In this document: piece after piece, positions 1-9,355 of the stretch | Layout of the letters: every line of letters begins with the position of its first letter | Position numbering within the stretch: the stretch's first letter is position 1 | Origin: an uncultured delta proteobacterium | GTDB taxonomy: Bacteria; Desulfobacterota; Binatia; Binatales; Binataceae | DNA length: 64,000 bases | NCBI GenBank assembly: GCA_963765675.1 | Contig: CAVXXK010000004.1 | Span: 64,001-128,000 of the forward strand | Direction of reading: 5' to 3' | Position numbers and translations under genes: made by a program | The notes under the pieces: model-generated | What the model was told of the DNA's origin: nothing | The model's database searches: none | The model's input: only the letters and a program-made list of their open reading frames with translations

Positions 1-858
1 GACTACTGGCTGCCCGTCGATCTTTACGTCGGCGGTGCAGAGCACGCCGTCATGCACCTTCTATACGCGCGGATGTGGACCAAGGTGATGTTCGACGCGG
101 AGCTGATCTCGTTCCAGGAGCCTTTTCCCAAGCTGCGCAACCAGGGCGTGGTGTGGGCCGCCGACGGCCAGCGGATGTCCAAATCGAAGGGCAACGTCGT
201 CACGCCCGATGCGATGATCGAAAAGTACGGCGCGGACGCGCTCCGGCTCTGGGAGCTGTTCATGGGGCCGTTCGACGAGGACACCAAGTGGAACGAGAGC
301 GGTGTGGCCGGCACCGAGCGCTTTCTGATCCGCGTGTGGTCGTGGGTACGGCGCTACGTCGAGGCCGGATGTCCTCAGGGCGCTCCTTCGGACGAGACCT
401 TTCATCGCGCGCACAAGACGCTCGGAATTGTAACCGAACATCTCGAGCAGATGCGCTTCAACACCGGGCTCGCCGCGTTGATGGAGCATCTCAACTATGT
501 TGCGAAGCTCGAACCCGAGCAGATGAATCGATTCGTCGTCGAGTCGTTCGTCGTTATGCTCGCGCCGATGGCGCCGTACATCGGCGAGGAGCTATGGCGC
601 GCGCTCGGGCATGAGGATTCGGTGCATCGCGAGCGCTGGCCGGTGTTCGATCCCGCGCTCGCTCGCGAAGAGACGGTGACCGTCGTGGTGCAGGTCAACG
701 GAAAGGTGCGCGAGCGGCTGCAAGTCGCTGCGGGAGCGCGAGAAGACGAAGTAAAGGCGCTCGCGCTGCAAAGCGAAGCGGTAACAAAGCATCTGGGCGG
801 CAAACCTCCGCGCAAGTTCATCTTCATCAAGGACAAGATGCTAAGCATCGTCGCGTGA
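1..858 (+). CDS. leuS: Leucine--tRNA ligase, C-terminal part (5' truncated by window)
   Basis: Frame open from base 1: DYWLPVDLYVGGAEHAVMHLLYAR; KMSKS-like RMSKSKGN; C-terminal VQVNGKVR motif typical of bacterial LeuRS. Confidence 0.97.
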   Translation, partial: DYWLPVDLYVGGAEHAVMHLLYARMWTKVMFDAELISFQEPFPKLRNQGVVWAADGQRMSKSKGNVVTPDAMIEKYGADALRLWELFMGPFDEDTKWNESGVAGTERFLIRVWSWVRRYVEAGCPQGAPSDETFHRAHKTLGIVTEHLEQMRFNTGLAALMEHLNYVAKLEPEQMNRFVVESFVVMLAPMAPYIGEELWRALGHEDSVHRERWPVFDPALAREETVTVVVQVNGKVRERLQVAAGAREDEVKALALQSEAVTKHLGGKPPRKFIFIKDKMLSIVA

Positions 859-898
859 GCGATTTCAGGGCGGCGCGCTAGCGACGCGCGATTAGAAG

Positions 899-991
899 AG
901 CAGAGCAGCACCCTCACCCGCGCGTCACGATGCTTGCGAAAAAGAATTGCAAGCATCGCGCCGCGCCACCCTCTCCCGGTGGGAGAGGGTA
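899..991 (+). repeat. REP-like palindromic element (CCCTCACCC...CCCTCTCCC/GGGAGAGGG family) with an inserted hairpin
   Basis: AGCAGAGCAGCACCCTCACCC-[insert]-CCCTCTCCCGGTGGGAGAGGG; related copies at 38401, 42434, 47373, 47485. Confidence 0.85.
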
Positions 992-1088
992 TCAGAGGCG
1001 GGCGCGTATTCAGGGAACTTGAAGACATACAAGTTGCGTGCGATGCTTCCGCCGGCGGACACCTTTTCTACATTCAGGAGCGATCTAC

Positions 1089-1859
1089 ATGGCTGAGGAA
1101 GTTCTTAAGATAACGCGTCAGGCGAATTATGCGGTTCTGACCTTGAATCGTCCGGAGAAGCGCAATGCGCTTAATCAGCCGCTGATCGAGGCGCTCAACG
1201 CAGCGCTCGCCCAGTTCGAAAACGACAAGGAAATCCGCGCGCTGCTCCTGCGCGGCGAGGGCTCGAGCTTCTGCGCGGGAATCGATCTGAAAGAAGTTGA
1301 CGAGGCCGAGGGCGGACACAATCCGACCTCGCTCGAATTTGTCTTCGGCCGCCTCGAGCGCTTCCCGGTCCCGACGATCGCCGCGGTGCACGGTGCGGCT
1401 CTTGCCGGAGGGCTCGAGCTGGCGCTGCATTGCGATCTGCGGATCGCGAGCGCCAACGCCAGGCTCGGCATGACGCTCGGGCGCGTCGGCCTTATGGTGC
1501 CGTACGATTTCACGCGCAAGCTGATCGAGATTTGCGGCTCGGCGAATACCGCGTGGATCCTCTACACCGCCGAGCTTATCGAGGCGGAACGCGCACGGCA
1601 CATGGCGATGGTCCACGAAGTGGTGCCCGACGCGAAGCTGGGCGAAGTCACGACCGCGCTGGCCGAGAAGATTGCCGACAATGCTCCGCTGTCGCTGCGC
1701 GCGATGAAATCGACGGTGCGCCGGTGCATGACCGAAACCTTCGACGCGTGGCACGACGACCTCAATCGCCTGGCGCGCGATGTTCGCCAGAGCAAGGACG
1801 CCAAGGAAGGGGTGCGCGCGTTCCTGGAGAAGCGCAAACCCGCGTGGAAAGCTGAGTAG
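1089..1859 (+). CDS. Enoyl-CoA hydratase/isomerase (crotonase family)
   Basis: LNRPEKRNAL, FCAGIDL, GGLELALHCDLR, EGVRAFLEKRKP motifs; CAGGAG RBS before ATG 1089. Confidence 0.93.
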   Translation: MAEEVLKITRQANYAVLTLNRPEKRNALNQPLIEALNAALAQFENDKEIRALLLRGEGSSFCAGIDLKEVDEAEGGHNPTSLEFVFGRLERFPVPTIAAVHGAALAGGLELALHCDLRIASANARLGMTLGRVGLMVPYDFTRKLIEICGSANTAWILYTAELIEAERARHMAMVHEVVPDAKLGEVTTALAEKIADNAPLSLRAMKSTVRRCMTETFDAWHDDLNRLARDVRQSKDAKEGVRAFLEKRKPAWKAE

Positions 1860-1868
1860 AGGGCAGGC

Positions 1869-2912
1869 TCAGCGGCGGCGTCCGAGTGCTTCCCTGATCG
1901 CGGCGGTGTTCGCGAGCAAGGTGCTCGGCAGGTTCAAGGTTCCGGCGACGTTCGAGTACGGATACATCCGCGCATTGATATGCGCATGGAGCGGCAGCCC
2001 CTCGCCCTGGTGAATCTCGTAGTCGAGCGGCAGCGGACCCATCAGCGCGAGAATCCGGTAGATCGCGCCCGAGAACTCGCGCAGTTCCTCGGTGGACAAT
2101 TCCGGAAGCTGCGCGTCGCGAAATTGATGCATCACGACGTCGTAGCTGCGCGGAAACGCGCCGATCGGACTCGCGTAGCTGATGATATTGCCGCGATTCT
2201 CGATCGTCAGGCCGAGGCGGTCCATCAGGTTGATAATCTCCTCGAACAGCCCGGGCGTTTCGCGCTCCGCGCGCGCCTCCGCCGCGACCGCCGGAAACGG
2301 CTCCGGCGATCCCAGGATCTGCTGATGCAAATGCGGTTGCGAGGCGCCTGACTCGCGTCCCTGGTTCTTGCGGATCACGACCGCGCGCACCGCGCGATTC
2401 TCCCGCGCCAGGCGCATCACGCGCACGTCGGCTTGCAGCAGATGAAAGAAATGCTCCTCGCCGAGCGCGCCGGTAAAGGTCAATTCGCTGCGCGTGTGCG
2501 GATTGTCATTGTCGATAAAATGGCGCGGATCCTCGACCACGATATACGATTCGTTGCGATTTCCGGTCAGCTCGGCCGGGATGCGCGGAAAAAGATTGTT
2601 GAACACGCGCACCACCCATCCGTCGCCGCCGCGCGCCGCGGCTCCGCTCCATTCAGCCATCTCCGCCGGCGTCACGCGGAAAATCTCGCCGGTAGTGAGC
2701 GCCTCGTTGCCCGGACAGAAGGGACAATTGGCGGTTGCGCGGCTGACCTGCTCGGCGCTAAGCGGCGCAGCGTGAGCCACGCTGCCGGCGTCGCGGCCGA
2801 GGGTGAACGCGAAGCTCTTCGCGCGCACGTCAACAACGTAGGAGATGACCCCGGTCACAGGATTGCGGATCCAGACCAGCGCACCGTCACGCGTTTCATG
2901 TTCTATCGGCAT
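1869..2912 (-). CDS. Galactose-1-phosphate uridylyltransferase-like (GalT/HIT superfamily) nucleotidyltransferase
   Basis: CPFCPGNE zinc motif, VRVFNNLFP, and GASQPHLHQQ (HxHxQ) catalytic motif. Confidence 0.8.
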   Translation of the reverse strand: MPIEHETRDGALVWIRNPVTGVISYVVDVRAKSFAFTLGRDAGSVAHAAPLSAEQVSRATANCPFCPGNEALTTGEIFRVTPAEMAEWSGAAARGGDGWVVRVFNNLFPRIPAELTGNRNESYIVVEDPRHFIDNDNPHTRSELTFTGALGEEHFFHLLQADVRVMRLARENRAVRAVVIRKNQGRESGASQPHLHQQILGSPEPFPAVAAEARAERETPGLFEEIINLMDRLGLTIENRGNIISYASPIGAFPRSYDVVMHQFRDAQLPELSTEELREFSGAIYRILALMGPLPLDYEIHQGEGLPLHAHINARMYPYSNVAGTLNLPSTLLANTAAIREALGRRR

Positions 2913-3104
2913 CGCATTCCATCGGTATCGGTTGAAATATCGGTTAAATCATCAGCGGCGCGCCTTTTCAACGCATGGGCTCCTGTGAGGAAACGTTTTG
3001 CAACGCTCGCGCTCAAACTTGACTCTCCGGAAACGCTCCGTTATCCAAATAGATAGGACGGGGGCTCGGGACGTCCCGGGCGCGAAATCGGGGTGGCATT
3101 CGGG

Positions 3105-3143
3105 GTCTGGCGATCCGCGCCTGCGGACACCAGGCTTTTTTTT
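3105..3143 (+). terminator. Intrinsic terminator-like hairpin in the leader of the aminotransferase-serA operon
   Basis: GTCTGG-CGA-TCCGC-GCCT-GCGGA-CA-CCAGGC hairpin followed by 8 T, about 80 nt upstream of the start codon. Confidence 0.6.
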
Positions 3144-3220
3144 GCTGGACCGCGCGTGAGCCGGATCGATGCCACGCGCGCCCTCCGACGGTCTTGCCCG
3201 CGTCCGGTCGAGAAATAGTT

Positions 3221-4372
3221 GTGACACCATCAAAGAAATATCTGTTCACGCCCGGCCCCGTCTCCGTGCCGCCCGAAGTGCTGCTCGAGATGGCGCAGCC
3301 GATCATCCATCATCGTACGCCCGCGTTCAGCGCGACGCTGGACCAGGCTCGCGAGCGGCTGAAGCCGCTGTTCGGGACCGCGCAAGAGCCGATCCTCCTG
3401 TCGTCGTCGGGGACCGGCGCGATGGAGGCGTCGGTAATCAATCTGCTCGCGCCAGGCGACCATGCGATTTACGTCAATGGCGGCAAATTCGGCGAGCGCT
3501 GGGGCAAGATCCTTGCGGCGTTCGGGATGATCCCGCACGAGATCAAAGTCGAATGGGGCCGCGCCGTGCGTCCCGAGCAGGTTGACGACGCGCTGAAGGC
3601 GCATCCGGAATCCAAGGCAGTGCTGGTACAGGCGAGCGAGACCTCGACCTGCGCGATTCATCCAATCGGCGCGATCGGCGAAGTGACCCGGCGGCGCGGC
3701 GCGATGCTGATCGTCGACGGGATCACGTCGGTCGGCGTGTTCGAGCAGAAGATGGACGAATGGGGCGTCGACGCGTTCATCACCGGAAGCCAGAAGGCGA
3801 TAATGCTGCCGCCGGGACTCGGGATCGTCGTGCTGTCGGAGCGCGGAATCGACGCGGCGAAAAAAAACCAGACGCCGAAATTTTATTTCGATCTTCCAAA
3901 GGAACTGAAGGCGCAACGCGATGAGCATACCACCGCGTTCACGCCGGCGGTCGGCCTCATCTTCGGACTCAACAAGTCGATGGAGCTGCTGCACGCGGAG
4001 ACTCTGCCGCGAGTGTTCGCGCGCCACGCCGCGATGGCGCTCGCGACGCGCGAGGCGGGGCTCGCGCTGGGGCTCAAGCTTATCGCGCCTGACAGTCCCG
4101 CTCCTGGAGTCACCGGGCTAATCGTCCCCGACGGCTTCGATAGCGGCAAGCTGGTGAAATACATGCGCGACGTGCTCGGCGTCGCAGTGCAGGGCGGGCA
4201 GGATCAGATGAAAGGCAAGCTGGTGCGAATCGGGCATATGGGTCATCTGACGCCGTTCGATATGCTGATCGCGATAAGCGCGCTCGAAGCTGGACTCGCA
4301 AATCTTGGCTACGAATTCCGGACCGGCGCGGGCGTCGCGGCGGTCCAATCACGAATCGCACGGAGCATCTGA
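3221..4372 (+). CDS. Class V PLP aminotransferase (alanine-glyoxylate/serine-pyruvate family), probably acting as phosphoserine aminotransferase
   Basis: LFTPGP, HHRT, SSGTGAMEA, GSQKA (PLP lysine), RIGHMG motifs; directly upstream of serA. Confidence 0.9.
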   Translation: MTPSKKYLFTPGPVSVPPEVLLEMAQPIIHHRTPAFSATLDQARERLKPLFGTAQEPILLSSSGTGAMEASVINLLAPGDHAIYVNGGKFGERWGKILAAFGMIPHEIKVEWGRAVRPEQVDDALKAHPESKAVLVQASETSTCAIHPIGAIGEVTRRRGAMLIVDGITSVGVFEQKMDEWGVDAFITGSQKAIMLPPGLGIVVLSERGIDAAKKNQTPKFYFDLPKELKAQRDEHTTAFTPAVGLIFGLNKSMELLHAETLPRVFARHAAMALATREAGLALGLKLIAPDSPAPGVTGLIVPDGFDSGKLVKYMRDVLGVAVQGGQDQMKGKLVRIGHMGHLTPFDMLIAISALEAGLANLGYEFRTGAGVAAVQSRIARSI

Positions 4373-4379
4373 AGCGAAC

Positions 4380-5975
4380 ATGGCGGAAAGCTTCCGCGTC
4401 CTGCTTAGCGATACGCTGGCACCTCAGGGAATCGAGGTTCTCAAGCGCTATCCTCAACTCAAATTCGACATCAAGACGGGGCTTAAGTCCGCCGAGCTGG
4501 CCGCGATTATCGGCGACTACGACGCGCTGCTGATTCGCAGCGGGACCAAAGTCACCAAGGAAATAATCGACCACGCGACGCGGTTGCGCGTCATCGGGCG
4601 CGCGGGCGTCGGCGTCGATAATGTCGATATTCCGCCGGCGACGCGGCGCGGAATCGTGGTGATGAACAGTCCGCTCGGCAACAGCGTCACGACCGCCGAG
4701 CACGCGATCTCGATGATGATGGCGATGGCGCGGCATATTCCGGCCGCCAACGCCTCGCTGCGCGCGGGGAAATGGGAACGCACGAAATTCACCGGTGCTG
4801 AGATTTGCAACAAGACGCTTGGCGTCGTCGGACTCGGAAATATCGGACGGATCGTCGCCGACCGCGGCGCCGGCCTCAAGATGAAAGTTATCGGCTACGA
4901 CCCGATCCTCACCGCCGATGCCGCCGCGCGCCTTGGGATCGAGCTCGTCAGCCTGGACGAGCTGTTCACCCGCGCCGATTTTATCACCGTGCACACGCCG
5001 CTGACCGACGACACGCGCGGGCTCGTCGATGCGGCAGCGTTCGCGAAGATGAAAAAGGGCGTGCGCGTGATCAATTGCGCGCGCGGCGGGATTATCGACG
5101 AACAGGCGCTCGCCGACGCGATTACATCCGGCAAAGTCGCGGGCGCCGCGCTCGACGTGTTCGTCGAGGAGCCTCCGCCGCGCGAGCATCCGCTGCTTAA
5201 GCTCGACGCAGTGATCGCGACGCCGCATCTCGGCGCCGCCACCGACGAAGCGCAAGTCCAGGTCTCGGTCGATATCGCGCAGCAGGTCGCGGATTTCCTG
5301 ATCGACGGCACGATTCGCAACGCGGTGAATATTCCCGCGGTCACACCCAAGGAGCTCGAAATTCTCGGGCCTCATCTTATGCTCGGCGAAAAGCTCGGAC
5401 GCCTGGTCGCGCAATTGATCACGGATGCGCCGACCGGCGTGACCGTGGCGTTCGGCGGCGAGGCCGCGAATCTCAAACCCGACGCGATCACCGCCGCGGT
5501 CCTCAAGGGGTTGATGACCGGATTTCTCGACGAGGAACTGAACGTCGTCAACGCGCCGTATATCGCCACCGAGCGCGGCATCCGAATCGCGGAAACGCGC
5601 TCGCGCGAAGTCACCGATTATCTCAACACCCTGTCCGTGACGGTGCGCACCGACGCGGGCGAGCACGACGTATCGGGCGCGGTGCTGGGGAATCGCGCGA
5701 TGCGCCTGACGCGGATCGACGGCTACCGTGTCGAAGCGGTTCCCGAAGGCTACTTCCTGATGCTGCATAATCGCGACGTTCCCGGAGTGGTCGGCGCGGT
5801 TGGCACGCTCTTGGGAGAATCGGGAATCAATATTGCCGGACTGGAGCTCGGACGCGACCGCGTCGGCGGAACCGCGCTCAGCCTGATCGAAGTTGATGGC
5901 GCCGTGCCGGCCGCGGTGCTCGAAAAACTCAAGACGGTCGCAGCCATCACGTCGGCGACGCTGCTTAAGCTCTGA
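4380..5975 (+). CDS. serA: D-3-phosphoglycerate dehydrogenase (with ASB and ACT domains)
   Basis: RAGVGVDN, GLGNIG, NCARGG, TPHLGA motifs; C-terminal NRDVPGVVG ACT domain. Confidence 0.96.
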   Translation: MAESFRVLLSDTLAPQGIEVLKRYPQLKFDIKTGLKSAELAAIIGDYDALLIRSGTKVTKEIIDHATRLRVIGRAGVGVDNVDIPPATRRGIVVMNSPLGNSVTTAEHAISMMMAMARHIPAANASLRAGKWERTKFTGAEICNKTLGVVGLGNIGRIVADRGAGLKMKVIGYDPILTADAAARLGIELVSLDELFTRADFITVHTPLTDDTRGLVDAAAFAKMKKGVRVINCARGGIIDEQALADAITSGKVAGAALDVFVEEPPPREHPLLKLDAVIATPHLGAATDEAQVQVSVDIAQQVADFLIDGTIRNAVNIPAVTPKELEILGPHLMLGEKLGRLVAQLITDAPTGVTVAFGGEAANLKPDAITAAVLKGLMTGFLDEELNVVNAPYIATERGIRIAETRSREVTDYLNTLSVTVRTDAGEHDVSGAVLGNRAMRLTRIDGYRVEAVPEGYFLMLHNRDVPGVVGAVGTLLGESGINIAGLELGRDRVGGTALSLIEVDGAVPAAVLEKLKTVAAITSATLLKL

Positions 5976-6050
5976 AGGGACGAATCAATCGCGACTGGCG
6001 CATCTCTCGTAAGGATGCGCGGCGCGCGCGCGTGCGCGCGGGGGAATTCG

Positions 6051-7343
6051 ATGAACACAGTAGCCGTAGTCGGCACGCAATGGGGCGACGAGGGCAAGGG
6101 CAAGATTATCGATCTGCTCGCCCGCGACGCCGATATCGTCGTCCGCTTCCAGGGCGGCAACAACGCGGCGCACACGATCGTCGTCGACGGCGAGAAGTTC
6201 ATCCTGCGCCTGGTGCCCGCGGGCGCGCTGCATCCGGGCAAGACCTGCGTGATCGGTAACGGCGCGGTGGTCGATCCGGTGGCGCTGCTCGGCGAGATCG
6301 ACGATCTGAAAAAACGCCGCGGCTTCGACGGCAAGAACCTGAAGCTCAGCTACGAAGCGCACATGGTGATGCCGTATCATCGCGCGATCGACCGCGCACG
6401 CGAGATCCGCGCCGGCAAACGCGCGATCGGCACCACAGGATTCGGCATCGGTCCGACCTACGAAGACAAGATGGCGCGCGTGGGGCTGCGCTTCGACGAT
6501 CTGCTCAACTTCAAGCTCTTCGCCGACCGCTTGCGCCGCAACGTCACCGAGAAGAACGCGTATCTGAAGGCGGTGCTGAAGGCCAAGCCCGTTAACGGCG
6601 CGCAGATTCTCGAAGTGATGAAGCGCGAGCGCCGCCGTCTGCTGCCCTATCTGTGCGACACCGGTGAGTACCTGGCATCGGCGATCTCGGCGGGCAAGCG
6701 CGTTCTGTTCGAAGGCGCGCACGGCACGATGCTCGATATCGATCATGGCACATACCCCTACGTGACCTCGTCGAACTGCGTTGCGAGCGGCGCATTCGCC
6801 GGCACGGGGCTCGGACCCGGCGCGCTCGACGCCGTGCTCGGAATCAGCAAGGGCTACACGACACGCGTCGGCGCGGGACCGTTCCCGACCGAGATTTCAG
6901 GCTACCTCGCCGACTCGCTGCGCGAAGAGGGCGGCGAATTCGGCAGCGCCACCGGCAGGCCGCGGCGCATCGGATGGTACGACGCGGTGCTCGGACGGCT
7001 CTCCGCCCGGGTCAACGGGCTGTGGGGATTGGCGGTCACCAAGCTCGACGTGCTGACGGGAATCGATCCGCTAAAAATCTGCGTCGGCTATACCTACAAG
7101 GGCAAGCGCTACGAGACGGTCCCGCTGGGACGGCATTCGATCGAAGTAGCGAAGCCGATCTTCGAAGAGCTCCCCGGATGGAACGAGCATATTGCCAGCG
7201 TGCGGCAACTCTCCGAGCTGCCGGCTACCACGCGGCGCTATATCGATCGAATTGCGGAGCTGGTTGGCGTGCAGATCGCGATGGTCGGAGTCGGCGCCGA
7301 TCGCGAAGCGACGATTGTGCTGAAGAATCCATTCACAGAATAA
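6051..7343 (+). CDS. purA: Adenylosuccinate synthetase
   Basis: QWGDEGKGK, IGTTGFGIGP, GTYPYVTSS, TGRPRRIGW motifs. Confidence 0.98.
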   Translation: MNTVAVVGTQWGDEGKGKIIDLLARDADIVVRFQGGNNAAHTIVVDGEKFILRLVPAGALHPGKTCVIGNGAVVDPVALLGEIDDLKKRRGFDGKNLKLSYEAHMVMPYHRAIDRAREIRAGKRAIGTTGFGIGPTYEDKMARVGLRFDDLLNFKLFADRLRRNVTEKNAYLKAVLKAKPVNGAQILEVMKRERRRLLPYLCDTGEYLASAISAGKRVLFEGAHGTMLDIDHGTYPYVTSSNCVASGAFAGTGLGPGALDAVLGISKGYTTRVGAGPFPTEISGYLADSLREEGGEFGSATGRPRRIGWYDAVLGRLSARVNGLWGLAVTKLDVLTGIDPLKICVGYTYKGKRYETVPLGRHSIEVAKPIFEELPGWNEHIASVRQLSELPATTRRYIDRIAELVGVQIAMVGVGADREATIVLKNPFTE

Positions 7344-7383
7344 TCTTTCGCACTCTCGCTTCCGCCCCACCAATGTCTGTCGG

Positions 7384-8082
7384 TTAGGGCAAATCGAACA
7401 GCAGCACTTCCGATTGCTCGGATGCTGCGAGCTTAAGCGCCGATTCGTTTTCGATCGCCGCGCCGTCGCCCGCCGTGAGCGCCGCGTCATTTGCTTTGAT
7501 TGCGCCGCGCGCGACGTGGAGCCAACCCTTGCGCTTGCCGTCCAGCGGATGCGCGATCGGCTCGCCTGCGTTCAGAACTCCGTCATACAGCCGCGCGTCC
7601 TGATGAATCGTGACCGATCCGTCCGCGCCGTCGGGCGACGCGACGAGGCGCATCCTGCCGCGGCGCTCGGCTTCGGCGAAGTTGCGCTGCTCGTAGCCGG
7701 GAGCGAGACCGCGCCGATCGGGAAGCAACCACATTTGCAGAAGATGCACCGGCTCCGCCTTCGACGCGTTGAACTCGCTGTGCGTGACTCCCGTCCCTGC
7801 CGTCATGCGCTGCGCGTCGCCGGGACGGATGACGGAGCCGTTGCCCATGCTATCGCGATGCTCGAGCGCGCCGGACAGCACCCAGGTCACGATCTCCATG
7901 TTGTTGTGCGGATGAGTCGGGAAGCCGCCGCGCGCTGCAACGAGGTCGTCGTTGATCACGCGCAGCACGGAGAATCCCATCGCCGCCGGATCGTAATAAT
8001 CTCCGAACGAAAAGGTGTGCCAGCTATCGAGCCAGTCGAGCAGCGTATGGCCGCGGTTATTAGCTTTCCGAATGGTGAGCAT
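7384..8082 (-). CDS. Pirin family protein (YhhW-like)
   Basis: HTFSFGDYYDP, GFPTHPHNNMEIVT, MTAGTGVTHSEFN motifs. Confidence 0.94.
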   Translation of the reverse strand: MLTIRKANNRGHTLLDWLDSWHTFSFGDYYDPAAMGFSVLRVINDDLVAARGGFPTHPHNNMEIVTWVLSGALEHRDSMGNGSVIRPGDAQRMTAGTGVTHSEFNASKAEPVHLLQMWLLPDRRGLAPGYEQRNFAEAERRGRMRLVASPDGADGSVTIHQDARLYDGVLNAGEPIAHPLDGKRKGWLHVARGAIKANDAALTAGDGAAIENESALKLAASEQSEVLLFDLP

Positions 8083-8088
8083 CGCGCC

Positions 8089-9288
8089 CTACCCCGCGCA
8101 TACCGCCGCGAGGCTTGAGATCGCAGTGCCGCGCCGCGCCTGGCGCACGTCGTTGCGATCGAAACCGTTGGTGCAGTATCCGATCGAAATTCCCGTCGCC
8201 GGATCAGCCCATCCGATTTGTCCGCCCGCGCCGCCGTGGCCGAATGCGAGCGCAGAGTTGGTCCTGCCGAAGCCGCGATAATTTGCGCGTCCGTCTCCGC
8301 CCGCGATCACCACTCCGAGCGCGCGATTTACCGGCACGCCGAAGATCGGATCCTTGTAGTCGCCCGAGCGCACGCGCAGCGCATCCTTCAGCGCTTCCGG
8401 CTTCCAGATGGGCGCGCCCTTGGTATCGCGATTATGCAACAGGCCCTGGTAGAAGAGCGCTAGATCGCCCGCCGTCATGATTCCGCCGCCGCCCGGCACG
8501 CCCGCCTCGCGGACATTGGCGCGGTTGAATCCAAGAATCGCCTCCTCGGTGACTTCCGTCTCTGGCATCTCCGGCAGTCCAAGCTTCTTGCGCTCCGCGT
8601 CGGTCATCGCTTCACCGACATAGCAAAGCTCGGCAACGCGGTTGTGGGATTCACGCGGCAGCCCGACACGCATCTCCGGTATTCCGAGCGGCAGCGCAAT
8701 CCGCTCGCGCACGAATTCGCGAAAGTCTTTGCCGGTACGCCGCTCGATTATTTCCGCGATCACCCAGAAACCGGAAGTCGGATGGTATTCGAACTTGCTG
8801 CCCACGGGCCATTCGAGCCGCCACTTCGCGAAACGCTCGACCCGCTTCTTGCGATCGAGCCATTCGTCCTGCGGATACGGAGCGTTCGGAAAGCCGCCGA
8901 CGTGGAGCAGCACCTGCTCGACGGTGATCGCTTCTTTGCCGTTGCTCGCGAACTCGGGGATGATCGCCGAAACGCGGTCTGCAGGATTCAGTTTGCCCTC
9001 GCCGATAAGAATCCATGCGGCGGCGGACATGATCGCCTTGGTGCAGGAGAAAATCGTGAAGAGCGTGTCGTTGGTAGCGGGCTTGTCCACTCCGCCCTGA
9101 ACCGCGTGCCCGAATGTGCGCATCGCGCCGATTTTTCCGTTGCGCGCGATCGCGATCTGTACGGAGGGCAGTAGCCCTTCCTTTATTTCGCGCTGTGCGC
9201 GCTCGAACAGAGCATCGACCTTCGCGTTATCGAGTCCCGCATCGCGCGGACTATCGGCAATCAGATTCTTGGACGGCATCGGCGGCAT
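8089..9288 (-). CDS. Serine hydrolase, beta-lactamase class C/esterase family
   Basis: FSCTK (SxxK), FEYH, AFGHGGAGG motifs; no signal peptide. Confidence 0.9.
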   Translation of the reverse strand: MPPMPSKNLIADSPRDAGLDNAKVDALFERAQREIKEGLLPSVQIAIARNGKIGAMRTFGHAVQGGVDKPATNDTLFTIFSCTKAIMSAAAWILIGEGKLNPADRVSAIIPEFASNGKEAITVEQVLLHVGGFPNAPYPQDEWLDRKKRVERFAKWRLEWPVGSKFEYHPTSGFWVIAEIIERRTGKDFREFVRERIALPLGIPEMRVGLPRESHNRVAELCYVGEAMTDAERKKLGLPEMPETEVTEEAILGFNRANVREAGVPGGGGIMTAGDLALFYQGLLHNRDTKGAPIWKPEALKDALRVRSGDYKDPIFGVPVNRALGVVIAGGDGRANYRGFGRTNSALAFGHGGAGGQIGWADPATGISIGYCTNGFDRNDVRQARRGTAISSLAAVCAG

Positions 9289-9355
9289 CTCCCGTATGTG
9301 GATTTACGCCGATCAATAACACATTCGCGGTCGCGCGCGTGAGCGCGTGGAGACC

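Noticed and set aside
8089-9288. Beta-lactam resistance gene
   Set aside because: No signal peptide and esterase-like motifs (YH, GHGG); resistance cannot be supported from the sequence.
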